Shown piece after piece: positions 6,620-14,611 of a DNA stretch of 41,686 bases. The stretch's first letter is position 1, and each line of letters starts with the position of its first letter. Source of the stretch: a virus (taxonomy: Duplodnaviria > Caudoviricetes); the IMG/VR virus record IMGVR_UViG_3300033565_000017, positions 1 to 41,686 of that record. One strand, written 5' to 3'. Under the pieces are notes generated by a model that saw nothing but the letters and a program-made list of their open reading frames with translations, was not told where the DNA came from and did no database searches. The position numbers were made by a program, and so were the translations under genes.

Positions 6620-7468
6620 TCAGAGGTGGATGGTCTGGGAGGGTTTGCGTCCGCCGAGGTCACAGGGGCCGGTCTTGGTGGCACCGTTGGCGCGGCCGGT
6701 GGTGGCGCGGTTGAGGGTTTCGGGGTCGTCGAGGTAGCGGCGGCCCCGGAAGTACTCGAAGGCGGAGGGGAGGTAGGCGTTGCGGGCGCCGGATGGGATG
6801 CGGCGGATGACGGCGGCGGCGGCGCGGACGCCGGACTCCATGGCCATGGCCAGGGCGGCGGGGTCGTCGGCCTTGCGGAGTTGGGCGGCGATCTCGGCGA
6901 CGGCCTCGGCGGTGCGGTCGCGGCGGGGGTAGAGGGCGGCGATGGCGACGGGATCGGCCGCGTCCGGTTTTCCCTTGGAACCCTTTCCATTCTCTGCTCC
7001 TTCTCCTTCTCTTACTCTTACCCCTTCCGAAAAATCGGAAGGGGGATCTATGGGGGATCTATGGGGGATTAAAACATGTGTTGGATTTGCAAGCTCAGGG
7101 TAGGCTGCGAAGAAGACATCGGCGAGCTTGGCCGGCAGGCTGGCGGCATGGCGGACGGCCGCGACAAGCACCTTGTTGCGCAAGGAAAGATGGCCTCCCT
7201 TGCCGAATTGGTGGCGGAGGAAATGGGCGACGAAGTAGACTCCGCCGCCGAGGCTCACGAAGGAGGATGGAAGGGCCTTGCATGCCCCTTCGAGGATGTT
7301 AGGAGAGAGTCCCGTCTCAAAAGTGAAACGCTTGTTGGAAACGCGAGTGAAACCGCAGAGGTCGCGGGAGGGGTTGGTGATGAGCCAGAGGCATGCCAAC
7401 TTGATCTCGGGAGGCTGTTCCTCGAGGCGGTCGTCGGTCCAGAATGAGGATTTGATGGTGGCGTCCAT
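6620..7468 (-). CDS. Phage replication initiator protein
   Basis: N-terminal SSFWTD..KLACLWLITNP..CG pattern, low-complexity linker with DNA repeats, upstream of the DnaC-like gene. Confidence 0.75.
   Translation of the reverse strand: MDATIKSSFWTDDRLEEQPPEIKLACLWLITNPSRDLCGFTRVSNKRFTFETGLSPNILEGACKALPSSFVSLGGGVYFVAHFLRHQFGKGGHLSLRNKVLVAAVRHAASLPAKLADVFFAAYPELANPTHVLIPHRSPIDPPSDFSEGVRVREGEGAENGKGSKGKPDAADPVAIAALYPRRDRTAEAVAEIAAQLRKADDPAALAMAMESGVRAAAAVIRRIPSGARNAYLPSAFEYFRGRRYLDDPETLNRATTGRANGATKTGPCDLGGRKPSQTIHL
6990..7070. other. Putative replication origin inside the initiator gene
   Basis: GGGGGATCTAT repeated about 2.7 times (7041-7070), perfect inverted repeat CCCCTTCCGA-AAAA-TCGGAAGGGG (7021-7044), and an adjacent pyrimidine tract. 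Confidence 0.5.
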
Positions 7469-7471
7469 GGG

Positions 7472-8095
7472 TCAGGATTCGGTGGAGTCGACGGGCGGCC
7501 AGTTGTAGCCTGGGGCGTTGGGGAGTTTGCCGAGGGTGGAGGGTGCGAGCTTGCGGCCTTCGTGGTCGCGGTGGTGGGGATCGATGTGGAAGGCGGCGGT
7601 GGCGGAGGGGAGGCCTGCGAGGACGCCGAGGCCGCCGGAGAAGCGGATGCGGAGGGTGCTGGCGGTGGGGGTGAGGAATTCGCAGCGCGGCAGGCGGGCG
7701 ACAAGCTGCAGCATGGAGAGGGGTACGAGGATGGTATCGACCTGGACGGCGGGGGTGGCGGCCATGCGGTGCTGGCGGGTGAATGGCGCGATGATTCCAT
7801 GGCGGAATATCATGGGCTCGAAGGTGTGAAGCTCATGCCAGGCGGATGAGATGAGGGAGGCGGGTTCCGGGATCTGGAATGGGATGGCCTTGAAGCGGTC
7901 CACCACGCCGGCGGCTGGCTCCGGGAAGTCATCGGCGGCCCAGAGTCCCCGGTGGCATTTGAGGGCGGCCCAGCCGTTGCAGGCGTGTGCGTCGCCGTCG
8001 ATCATGACGGGGTTTGAAAAGTGGTGCTCGGGCTGCGGGTGCGTGAAGCGGAGCAGGGTGTCGAAGCGGAGGGGGTGGGGAAAATGTCTGGTCAT
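7472..8095 (-). CDS. Hypothetical protein, 207 aa
   Basis: ORF tightly packed in the early operon. Confidence 0.75.
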   Translation of the reverse strand: MTRHFPHPLRFDTLLRFTHPQPEHHFSNPVMIDGDAHACNGWAALKCHRGLWAADDFPEPAAGVVDRFKAIPFQIPEPASLISSAWHELHTFEPMIFRHGIIAPFTRQHRMAATPAVQVDTILVPLSMLQLVARLPRCEFLTPTASTLRIRFSGGLGVLAGLPSATAAFHIDPHHRDHEGRKLAPSTLGKLPNAPGYNWPPVDSTES

Positions 8096-8415
8096 AGGGC
8101 GAGCGGAAGGGGTGACATCTGGGAGGCGGTGCCGTCCTGTTTGCGGCCGGACTGGAGCAGGTGGAGGCCCATGGGGGTGACACAGTAGCGGAGGGGCCCG
8201 CCGACGGCGGTGTCGCGGGATGGGGTGATGATGAGCCTGCGGGCGATGAGGCGGGAGAATGCGCAGCGAACGGTGCAGTAGTCAGCCCCGGTGGCGGCGG
8301 CGGCCTGGGGACCGGTGAGCCCCGCGGTGCCGGCGCGGCCTGCGAGCATGAGCAGCCAGGCTTCGAGCAGGCTGCGGAGACCGTGGCGGTGGAGGGCGGC
8401 GATGTCTGCGGTCAT
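8092..8415 (-). CDS. MarR-like winged-HTH protein
   Basis: LTGPQAAAATGADYCTVRCAFSRLIARRLI...RYCVTPMG. Confidence 0.65.
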   Translation of the reverse strand: MTADIAALHRHGLRSLLEAWLLMLAGRAGTAGLTGPQAAAATGADYCTVRCAFSRLIARRLIITPSRDTAVGGPLRYCVTPMGLHLLQSGRKQDGTASQMSPLPLAL

Positions 8416-8813
8416 TGGTTTGTCAGGTCAAATCTCAAATCAAGGTCAAAAAGCCGCCCGCCGCGAGCTTTCGATGCGGCGTTGAAAGCGGCGAATATCG
8501 GAAGCAGAATCTTCTGCTCGTCGCGTGATGAGTCATCGGCGGTATCTGCCATTTCGCCCATGAGGTATCCAGCGGCATAGCAGAAGCATCCGCCTTGTGA
8601 TTCTGTGGCCTTGCCCATGTCGCAGATAGCTACCCGGCAATCTCCGCACAGGCGGAAGGTTGACCACGAGCCATCGAATAGCGACCCGATGCGCTCGTAG
8701 GTTTCTCCAACTGGAATCGTGCCGTTGCACTCGGTGCATCGCCATGGCTTTTTTGCGCGGACCATTTTGGACGCCCAAACAGTTGACGGTTCATAGTCGC
8801 AATCGCAGTTCAT
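8412..8813 (-). CDS. Zinc-finger hypothetical protein, 133 aa
   Basis: MNCDCDYEPS...RAKKPWRCTECNGTIPVGETY...CGDC, the C-terminal part of ORF 8412..9419. Confidence 0.75.
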   Translation of the reverse strand: MNCDCDYEPSTVWASKMVRAKKPWRCTECNGTIPVGETYERIGSLFDGSWSTFRLCGDCRVAICDMGKATESQGGCFCYAAGYLMGEMADTADDSSRDEQKILLPIFAAFNAASKARGGRLFDLDLRFDLTNQ

Positions 8814-8932
8814 GGATGCTGGCGGACCTGGGTTGGGGTGAGGCCTTCGTTGTCGGTCTTGATGGCGTAGGCCATGAGCAGGCCGGCGATGGCGGCGGCG
8901 AGATAGGCGAGGATGCGTTCGCGGGTGGTCAT
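8810..8932 (-). CDS. Small membrane protein, 40 aa
   Basis: MTTRERILAYLAAAIAGLLMAYAIK...; ATGA overlaps on both sides. Confidence 0.55.
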   Translation of the reverse strand: MTTRERILAYLAAAIAGLLMAYAIKTDNEGLTPTQVRQHP

Positions 8933-9450
8933 GATTGGATGGCGATGAGCGCCCGGATGGTGTCCCTGCATTGGATGGCGACATCCTCCTGGGCGCGGTG
9001 TTGGTGCGGGGTGGGTTTCTCGTTGGGGAAGACGGCATGCCAGAGGGTGCGGGCGTCCCGGCTGCGGTAGTAGGGCCATGGATCTCCCTCGAGACCGGCG
9101 ACGGGCCAGGCGGCGCGGAGGTGGGAGGCCTCGAAGTCGATGCCCCATGCCCAGACTTCATGGTCGGCGGGCTGTGCCCCAAACCATGTTTGCAGGGTCC
9201 GCATGGCGGCCTCGAAGGTTTTCCCGCGGAGGTGGCTGGCGTTATTCTTGGCAAGGTGCCATTCGGCGGTTTCCGGATCGGTGCTGAATCCCATGGCAAG
9301 CGAGGATAGGAGATCGATCTCGATGACAAGCGGGTCGCCGAGGATGCCGGTGGCGGCGTCGAAGGTGCGGGCGCAAATCTCCAGGATTGCCGATCCGGCC
9401 GGGATGCCGAGGGTTTCAATGTCGATCATGATGCGGGTGGGGGCGGGCAT
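8929..9450 (-). CDS. DEDDh 3'-5' exonuclease (RNase AS/Exo-like)
   Basis: IMIDIETLG, WAWGIDFE, RDART, HRAQED. Confidence 0.88.
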   Translation of the reverse strand: MPAPTRIMIDIETLGIPAGSAILEICARTFDAATGILGDPLVIEIDLLSSLAMGFSTDPETAEWHLAKNNASHLRGKTFEAAMRTLQTWFGAQPADHEVWAWGIDFEASHLRAAWPVAGLEGDPWPYYRSRDARTLWHAVFPNEKPTPHQHRAQEDVAIQCRDTIRALIAIQS

Positions 9451-9461
9451 AAGAAGTTGCT

Positions 9462-9484
9462 AGTGTTCAGTGATCAGTGATCAG
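9462..9484. repeat. Heptamer tandem repeat, copy 2
   Basis: AGTGTTCAGTGATCAGTGATCAG; track ORFs in three frames end at 9467, 9474 and 9481. Confidence 0.85.
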
Positions 9485-9702
9485 AAATGGAAGCAGAGCG
9501 GGAGGGGCTTGGTTTTGGTGCGGCGGCGGGCCATGGAGAGCAGGCGGATGGCGGCAGGTCTGCGGAACCATGCAGCCTCGGTGGTATCGTTGACGCGGCG
9601 CATTTCCGGGGTGTCGGCGAATGCAATCTGGCAGTCGATGCAGAGCATGGTCTCGCGGGGTTTGTGGCCACCGCACGGGCATTTGGTGTTCTCGTAGCTC
9701 AT
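9481..9702 (-). CDS. Small Cys-rich protein, 73 aa
   Basis: MSYENTKCPCGGHKPRETMLCIDC; ATGA overlap with the RusA-like gene. Confidence 0.6.
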   Translation of the reverse strand: MSYENTKCPCGGHKPRETMLCIDCQIAFADTPEMRRVNDTTEAAWFRRPAAIRLLSMARRRTKTKPLPLCFHF

Positions 9703-10055
9703 GGGATGAGGGTGATTTCCAATCTCGGGTTGGTACGGTCGAGGTGGAATGTTGGGATGGCAATGAGGCGGAGGGTGTTGTCGTCGACGCCGAGGGCGTC
9801 GGCGATGCCGTCGCGGTAGGCCTTGCATGAGGCGGCGGCGTTGTCGTCGTCGCGGCGGCGCTTGTCCGGGTAGTGGAAGGCGAGGGTGTAGCCTGAGAAT
9901 TTGCGGGGCTTGGCGTTGAGGGCGACGCGGGCGAGCATGTGGGCGCGCCAGCGGTGTTTCTTGGTCACCTTGGCCTTGTGGTGCCAGTGGCAGCAGGTAT
10001 TCGGCCACAGCGACCGGGAGGGGATGGGCAGGGTGATGGTGAGCGGGGCGCTCAT
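9699..10055 (-). CDS. rusA: RusA-like Holliday junction resolvase
   Basis: LPIPSRSLWPN...PDKRRRDDDN...KAYRDGIADALGVDD...PRLEITL. Confidence 0.85.
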   Translation of the reverse strand: MSAPLTITLPIPSRSLWPNTCCHWHHKAKVTKKHRWRAHMLARVALNAKPRKFSGYTLAFHYPDKRRRDDDNAAASCKAYRDGIADALGVDDNTLRLIAIPTFHLDRTNPRLEITLIP

Positions 10056-10066
10056 GGCGGATGGGT

Positions 10067-10336
10067 TTAGAAAACGCCGAGGGATGAGAGGCGGCGGCCG
10101 ACGGCGGCGCGGCGGCCCATGGTCCAGCGTTGTTCTGGGTTCTTGCGGTCCCATGCGGGACGGTGGGCCAGGTCCTCCCAGATTGCCTTGAGGGTGCCGA
10201 TGGAGAGATCCTTGACCCATGAGTCATGGGTCGCGGCCTCCTGGGCGTTGATGCGCTCGAGGTAGTCGAGGCCGGTGGGGGTGGTGGTTCCGTTCGTGCG
10301 GAAGTCCTGCTTGCGGGTGCGGCTGAATCGGATCAT
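10067..10336 (-). CDS. Hypothetical protein, 89 aa
   Basis: MIRFSRTRKQ...; ATGA overlap with the xis-like gene. Confidence 0.6.
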   Translation of the reverse strand: MIRFSRTRKQDFRTNGTTTPTGLDYLERINAQEAATHDSWVKDLSIGTLKAIWEDLAHRPAWDRKNPEQRWTMGRRAAVGRRLSSLGVF

Positions 10337-10602
10337 TGGTTCTTGGGGTTGGTGGTGTGGATGGTGCGGCGGACATCGGCCGCGGAGTAGAAGCGGGCGC
10401 CGCCGAGCTTGCGCGACCGGATGGAGCCGGCGGCGATGAGGCGGTTGAGGGTGGTGCGCGAGAGACGGGAGACCGGGCAGCGGCCGGGGTGGGACGGCAT
10501 GCGGAGCCATTCGGGATCGGCGACGGCGGCCGGACCTGACTCAAGCGCGGTGAGGCGCTGGAGGATGAGGTCGAGCTTGTTGTCGATCTGCGCGAGGGTC
10601 AT
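10333..10602 (-). CDS. Excisionase-like HTH protein
   Basis: WLRMP...LSRTTLNRLIAAGSIRSRKLGGARFY (MerR/HTH_17-type). Confidence 0.75.
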   Translation of the reverse strand: MTLAQIDNKLDLILQRLTALESGPAAVADPEWLRMPSHPGRCPVSRLSRTTLNRLIAAGSIRSRKLGGARFYSAADVRRTIHTTNPKNQ

Positions 10603-10621
10603 GGTGGATTTGGAAGGTGGT

Positions 10622-10681
10622 CGGGGGCGGCTGCGTCGTACGGCTTCCTAAGACCGAGCGGTTTCCCGCCAGCCGCCCCCG
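10622..10681 (-). ncRNA. Candidate structured RNA element in the early operon
   Basis: 12-bp perfect closing stem enclosing GCGG-GAAA-CCGC and a second hairpin. Confidence 0.4.
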
Positions 10682-10687
10682 GTTTGG

Positions 10688-10894
10688 TCATAGCGCGATG
10701 GTGTCGAGGCTTGGGATCTGGATGAAGCCGGCGCGGGCGACGTACATGGCGTTTCTGAGGCGTTCGCAGCGGGCGGCGGCGGCGCGCCAGGCGGCCATGC
10801 GCTCGGGCGTGAGGTTGTTGTGAGCGGCGGCGATGCTGCGGGCGTTGCCTGCGGCGGAAAGCCGGCGGATGAGGGTGCGGATGGTGCGGGTCAT
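10688..10894 (-). CDS. Hypothetical protein, 68 aa
   Basis: ATGA overlap with the upstream RHH gene. Confidence 0.6.
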   Translation of the reverse strand: MTRTIRTLIRRLSAAGNARSIAAAHNNLTPERMAAWRAAAARCERLRNAMYVARAGFIQIPSLDTIAL

Positions 10895-11079
10895 GATTCG
10901 ACGGGTTTGAGTTGTTCAATGAGGCGGTCGATGCCGCGCTCGATGGCGAGGCGGACGACATCGGAAGTCTTGAGCCCGGTGCTTGCGGTAGCGGCCATGA
11001 TCTTCACGTTCAGGGCTACCGGAATCCTGATGGTCAGGTTCTTGCAGGGCGCTGGTTTTTTAGCGAGTGGCGTTGCCAT
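10891..11079 (-). CDS. Ribbon-helix-helix regulator (Cro position), 62 aa
   Basis: NLTIRIPVALNVKIMAATASTGLKTSDVVRLAIERG; first gene of the leftward operon. Confidence 0.8.
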   Translation of the reverse strand: MATPLAKKPAPCKNLTIRIPVALNVKIMAATASTGLKTSDVVRLAIERGIDRLIEQLKPVES

Positions 11080-11085
11080 GCGCGA

Positions 11086-11150
11086 ATCGTAGTCAAAATG
11101 ACTACTAACGCAAGAAAAATCTTGCAAACGGTGAAATTATTTTCTACTGT
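11086..11150. promoter_or_regulatory. Divergent promoters and operators of the lysis/lysogeny switch
   Basis: Plus strand: TTGCAA(11122)-17-TACTGT(11145). Minus strand: TTGCGT(11113)-16-TACGAT(11091). Palindromes GTAGTCA-AAA-TGACTAC (11089-11105) and GCAAGA-AAAA-TCTTGC (11110-11125). Confidence 0.7.
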
Positions 11151-11157
11151 GCCAGCC

Positions 11158-11421
11158 ATGTCCTCGCCAAAACAGGTCTCCGCTCCCATACGGATGAGCC
11201 CCGCGTTGCTTGCGAAAGTGACCGAGGCCTCCCGCCTTACGGGAATGTCTCAGGCCGATGTGTTGCGCTTGTGCCTAGCAATCGGCCTTGAGGATTTGAA
11301 AAAAGTGAAGTTCGATCTGGCGAAGCTGGTGTCGGATGTGGCGAGCAGCCAGGGGGTGGAAAAACTGCCGATTCTCAAGGTGGCGGAGGCTCCGCCATAC
11401 GGGTCGGAGGAATCGGCCTGA
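11158..11421 (+). CDS. Ribbon-helix-helix regulator (repressor position), 87 aa
   Basis: SAPIRMSPALLAKVTEASRLTGMSQADVLRLCLAIG; the only well-supported plus-strand gene. Confidence 0.8.
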   Translation: MSSPKQVSAPIRMSPALLAKVTEASRLTGMSQADVLRLCLAIGLEDLKKVKFDLAKLVSDVASSQGVEKLPILKVAEAPPYGSEESA

Positions 11422-11476
11422 CTGATCCCATTCCACCGGTGCCTGTATTGTTGGAGGCGGAGGCGGCTCGGGTGAA

Positions 11477-11851
11477 TCAGTAGAGGCAGCCGTTGATCGC
11501 GTCGAGCTTGTAGTGAAGCAGCCTGCGGCGGTGGGCGAGATAGGCGTCGTATTTGCGGCGGCCGAGTCTTCCGAAGTAGAACGGATTGAAAAATGGACTC
11601 GGGCCGCATCTCATGGAAAGAAATCCGTTGTAGTCGAGGGTTGCGGATTCGTGGTAACGGATGGTGGTTTCAATCAAAGCGTTTCGGCGGTCATCATCAT
11701 CATGCATCGTGCGGGCCATCATGGCATGTTTGATTGCCTCCCGTAGGATCTCGGTTTCCTTGGTGAGTGAATCCACTTCCTTTTTCATGATGATGAATAA
11801 GGGAATGGCGAATGCCGCCCACATAATCACCAGTCCAAGCAGGGTTTCCAT
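11477..11851 (-). CDS. Membrane-anchored hypothetical protein, 124 aa
   Basis: METLLGLVIMWAAFAIPLFII transmembrane segment; lower GC; follows the integrase. Confidence 0.7.
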   Translation of the reverse strand: METLLGLVIMWAAFAIPLFIIMKKEVDSLTKETEILREAIKHAMMARTMHDDDDRRNALIETTIRYHESATLDYNGFLSMRCGPSPFFNPFYFGRLGRRKYDAYLAHRRRLLHYKLDAINGCLY

Positions 11852-11859
11852 GGAAGTTT

Positions 11860-12975
11860 TTACGGATTTCCCGCGGCGATCTTTCCGATGGCTGCGCGCA
11901 TGGTGTCCATGTCGAGGTGGGTGTAGGCGCGTGAGACGGCGGAGGATGCATGGCCGACGATGGCCTTGGCGATGGAGTCGGAGACGCCGGCGGATTTCAA
12001 CCTGGTGGTGAAGGTGTGGCGGAGGGAGTGGAATGAGAGGGGCGCGGTCTGGCGGCGGGAATGGCGGTTGCGGGCGGTGTCGCGGACCACGGGGGAGGCG
12101 AGGCCGACGGATTCGAGGATGGCGCGGAAGGCGTCGGAGCGGGCCTGTACGGCGAGCGCGGCGATGGTGGGGAAGACGGGGGCGTCCGGCCGGTCTGAGC
12201 CGGGGGTGTCGGTCATGAGCGAATCGACGGTTTCCTTGGCGAGGGGCAGGGAAACGAGGGTGCGGGTCTTGGCGGCGGTGAAGGTGATGGTGGCGGCGGC
12301 GAGGTCGATGTTGGACCAGCGGACGGTGGCCAGGTCGTTGAGGCGCTGGCCGGTGTGGAGGCCGAGCAGGGTGAGGGCGCGCCATTCGCCGGAGACCGCG
12401 GCGAGCAGGGCGTCGAGTTCGTAGGAGCGGAATTCGCGGCGCTTGGTGGCGGCTGCGCGGAGGTGGTCGAGCTTGCGCCACGGGTTGTCCTGGGCGATCC
12501 CCTCGGCCTTGGCGGCCTCCCATGCGGCGGACAGGCGGGAGACCTTTGCGTTGACGGTGCCTGGGCTGTGGCGGGCCTCCAGCGATTTCTGGACGGCCTT
12601 GGCGATGGCGTCGGTGAAGGAGAGCCAGGTGGTGGCGGTGGGTGCGAGCGTGGCCAGGTCGCGGATCGTGTCGGCGTAGAGGCGGGCGGTGGATGGGGAC
12701 AGGGCGGAACGGCGCGACTCGAGCCAGGCTTTGAGCCAGTCGGTGGGGTTGATGGATTCCTTCGGCGTGAATTCCGCGGCAAGGCGCTGGAGGGCCTTGG
12801 TCAGTTGGCTGGGCTGGGCGTGGTGGCGGTTGGCCTCGCGCTCCGCGGCGATGGCGACGGCGCGGGCTTCGGCCTTGTCATCGAGGCCGGTGGAGAATTG
12901 GCGGTGCCGGCCGTCGGGCAGGGTGATGCATGCGTACCAGAATTTCGACGTCTTGTGTCTGCGTAGCGAGGCCAT
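11860..12975 (-). CDS. int: Tyrosine recombinase (phage integrase)
   Basis: TGQRLND, HSLRHT, IVGH, AYTH catalytic motifs and an N-terminal arm-binding region. Confidence 0.95.
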   Translation of the reverse strand: MASLRRHKTSKFWYACITLPDGRHRQFSTGLDDKAEARAVAIAAEREANRHHAQPSQLTKALQRLAAEFTPKESINPTDWLKAWLESRRSALSPSTARLYADTIRDLATLAPTATTWLSFTDAIAKAVQKSLEARHSPGTVNAKVSRLSAAWEAAKAEGIAQDNPWRKLDHLRAAATKRREFRSYELDALLAAVSGEWRALTLLGLHTGQRLNDLATVRWSNIDLAAATITFTAAKTRTLVSLPLAKETVDSLMTDTPGSDRPDAPVFPTIAALAVQARSDAFRAILESVGLASPVVRDTARNRHSRRQTAPLSFHSLRHTFTTRLKSAGVSDSIAKAIVGHASSAVSRAYTHLDMDTMRAAIGKIAAGNP

Positions 12976-13263
12976 GGGGTTACAATCAAGTTACAATTGC
13001 AGCATGTCAAACCATAAAAACCAGGATGGATGTTTTGTTGTCAAATCAATGGTTTTGATGCCTAAGCCGGCTTGCATTTGGCCTGCGGTGTTCCGATCCC
13101 AACCGCCGGAGCTTGTTGAAAGGCTTGATACTGCTAGGTTTGGAGGCGGAAAGTCACAAAAGGATTCCCAAAAACCATAGAACCTGGATGGCTGCATTTG
13201 CATGAGGCCGCACCATGCGGCTTACCATCCAGGATCTCGTTACGCAATGGGTGGACGGCCGGG
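12976..13263. other. Putative attP region
   Basis: AT-rich non-coding gap next to int, with a GTTACAAT direct repeat and an inverted repeat CCTGGATGG/CCATCCAGG (13183-13233). The core was not identified. Confidence 0.5.
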
Positions 13264-13866
13264 TCAGACGATGGGGCCGTCGATGAGAATGAGGGGGAAT
13301 GAGAGGTTGGCGGCCTCGGTGAGGCGGTGGAAGAGGGTGGCGTCGAAGTCGGCCCAGTCTTCGCGGGGGATGGTGAGGCATCCTTCGCTGGAGGTGCCGG
13401 CCATGCCTCCGCGGTGGAGGTTGATGCCGAAGGTGCCGGTGTCGGTCTGCATGACTTTGCCGTTGCTGGCGATGCGCTGGACGGTGACGGGTTCCTCGCC
13501 CTGGCCGAATGCCATGTAGCCGTCGGGGCGGCTGAAATGGTGCTTGAGGCGTCGGAATTTCCAGACGCCGGGGGCGAGGCGCGCCATGTATTTGCCTGCG
13601 CCGGGGTTCCAACCGTAGCGGCTGGGATCGGTGTTGGCGTTCCAGGCGGTCATGCCGTGGGTGGAGAGGATGAAGATGGCGTCGTCGTAGATGCCTACGT
13701 CGTTCTGGCCTGGTTCGCCCATGCTGTCGCGGCGGTAGCCCCGGACGGCCAGGACGTAGAGCGATGGGAGCTGCTTGGTGCCGTGTTTGGCCTGCCAGGC
13801 TTTGGCGGCTGCGGCGCGGACTACTGCCTCGGGGGCCTTGGGCTTGGCGGGTGGCGTGATGGGCAT
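13264..13866 (-). CDS. Putative endolysin with an L,D-transpeptidase-like His/Cys motif
   Basis: GINLHRGG...TSSEGCLTI; last gene of the lysis cluster. Confidence 0.65.
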   Translation of the reverse strand: MPITPPAKPKAPEAVVRAAAAKAWQAKHGTKQLPSLYVLAVRGYRRDSMGEPGQNDVGIYDDAIFILSTHGMTAWNANTDPSRYGWNPGAGKYMARLAPGVWKFRRLKHHFSRPDGYMAFGQGEEPVTVQRIASNGKVMQTDTGTFGINLHRGGMAGTSSEGCLTIPREDWADFDATLFHRLTEAANLSFPLILIDGPIV

Positions 13867-14111
13867 GGCGTTTTGGCGGTTTGTTTGGCTTTCTTGTGGG
13901 TCTCAAGCCAGGCGTTGAATTCTTCCCAGAGGGATTTCACGGTCGGGCATTGGCATTTTCTGGGTTCGCCGTTTGCCTTGAGAAAGGTTGGTCCTAGGTA
14001 ATCATGGAAGTCCCATCGCCAGACGGTGCGGCCGATGGTGACTTCGTGGTAGGCGTCCGCGTAGTCGATAAAGCACGGGCATCCTGCGATGGTGGTGAGA
14101 TGGCCGGCCAT
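13821..14111 (-). CDS. Hypothetical protein, 96 aa
   Basis: MAGHLTTIAGCPCF...WDFHDYLGPTFL. Confidence 0.55.
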   Translation of the reverse strand: MAGHLTTIAGCPCFIDYADAYHEVTIGRTVWRWDFHDYLGPTFLKANGEPRKCQCPTVKSLWEEFNAWLETHKKAKQTAKTPCPSRHPPSPRPPRQ

Positions 14112-14118
14112 GGGGGCG

Positions 14119-14295
14119 CTATTTCTCGGCGATGATCTTGGCGACGGCGACGCCGGCCTCGATCGAGCCGGGGGCGGGGGCCTTCTGGGTGACGACTGAG
14201 CCGTCGGGCATGGTGGTGGTGGTCTCGACACATGCGGTCATGGCGTAGCCGATGAGCATGAGGGCGGCAAGGGTGGCTATGGTGCGGAGTTTCAT
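14119..14295 (-). CDS. Small lipoprotein, 58 aa (candidate spanin component)
   Basis: Manual translation MKLRTIATLAALMLIGYAMTAC|VETTT...; signal peptide with a lipobox-like cysteine. Confidence 0.65.
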   Translation of the reverse strand: MKLRTIATLAALMLIGYAMTACVETTTTMPDGSVVTQKAPAPGSIEAGVAVAKIIAEK

Positions 14296-14306
14296 GGTGG
14301 CTGGGG

Positions 14307-14435
14307 TTAGGTTGAGCAGTTGGAGACTAGCGAGCAGACGAAGCAGACGGCGAGGATGATGATGAGGCCGGCGAACGGAATCAAGAGGCCGAGCATGTGG
14401 GCTCCGGTTTCCGCTGGATTTGGTTCGGGTTTCAT
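14307..14435 (-). CDS. Small membrane protein, 42 aa
   Basis: Manual translation MKPEPNPAETGAHMLGLLIPFAGLIIILAVCFVCSLVSNCST; ATGA overlap with the holin stop. Confidence 0.5.
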   Translation of the reverse strand: MKPEPNPAETGAHMLGLLIPFAGLIIILAVCFVCSLVSNCST

Positions 14436-14611
14436 TTTTCGGGAGGGTTCTTGATGACGTTGATGAGGCCGATGATGGTCATCCCGGCGGCGATGATCTG
14501 GTTGGCGCGCTCCGGGTCGATTGATACGCCGATGGCCATGATAAGGGCGACGATGCCGCGCCAGGTGGATTCCTGGGAGAGTTTTTCAATGAGTCGGTCG
14601 ATGGTGTTCAT
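14432..14611 (-). CDS. Putative holin, 59 aa
   Basis: MNTIDRLIEKLSQESTWRGIVALIMAIGV...IIAAGMTIIGLINVIK, with two hydrophobic helices. Confidence 0.7.
   Translation of the reverse strand: MNTIDRLIEKLSQESTWRGIVALIMAIGVSIDPERANQIIAAGMTIIGLINVIKNPPEK

Noticed and set aside
13085-13240. tRNA gene or tRNA-derived attP core
   Set aside because: GTTCCGATCCC only loosely resembles a T-loop, and I could not build a cloverleaf.
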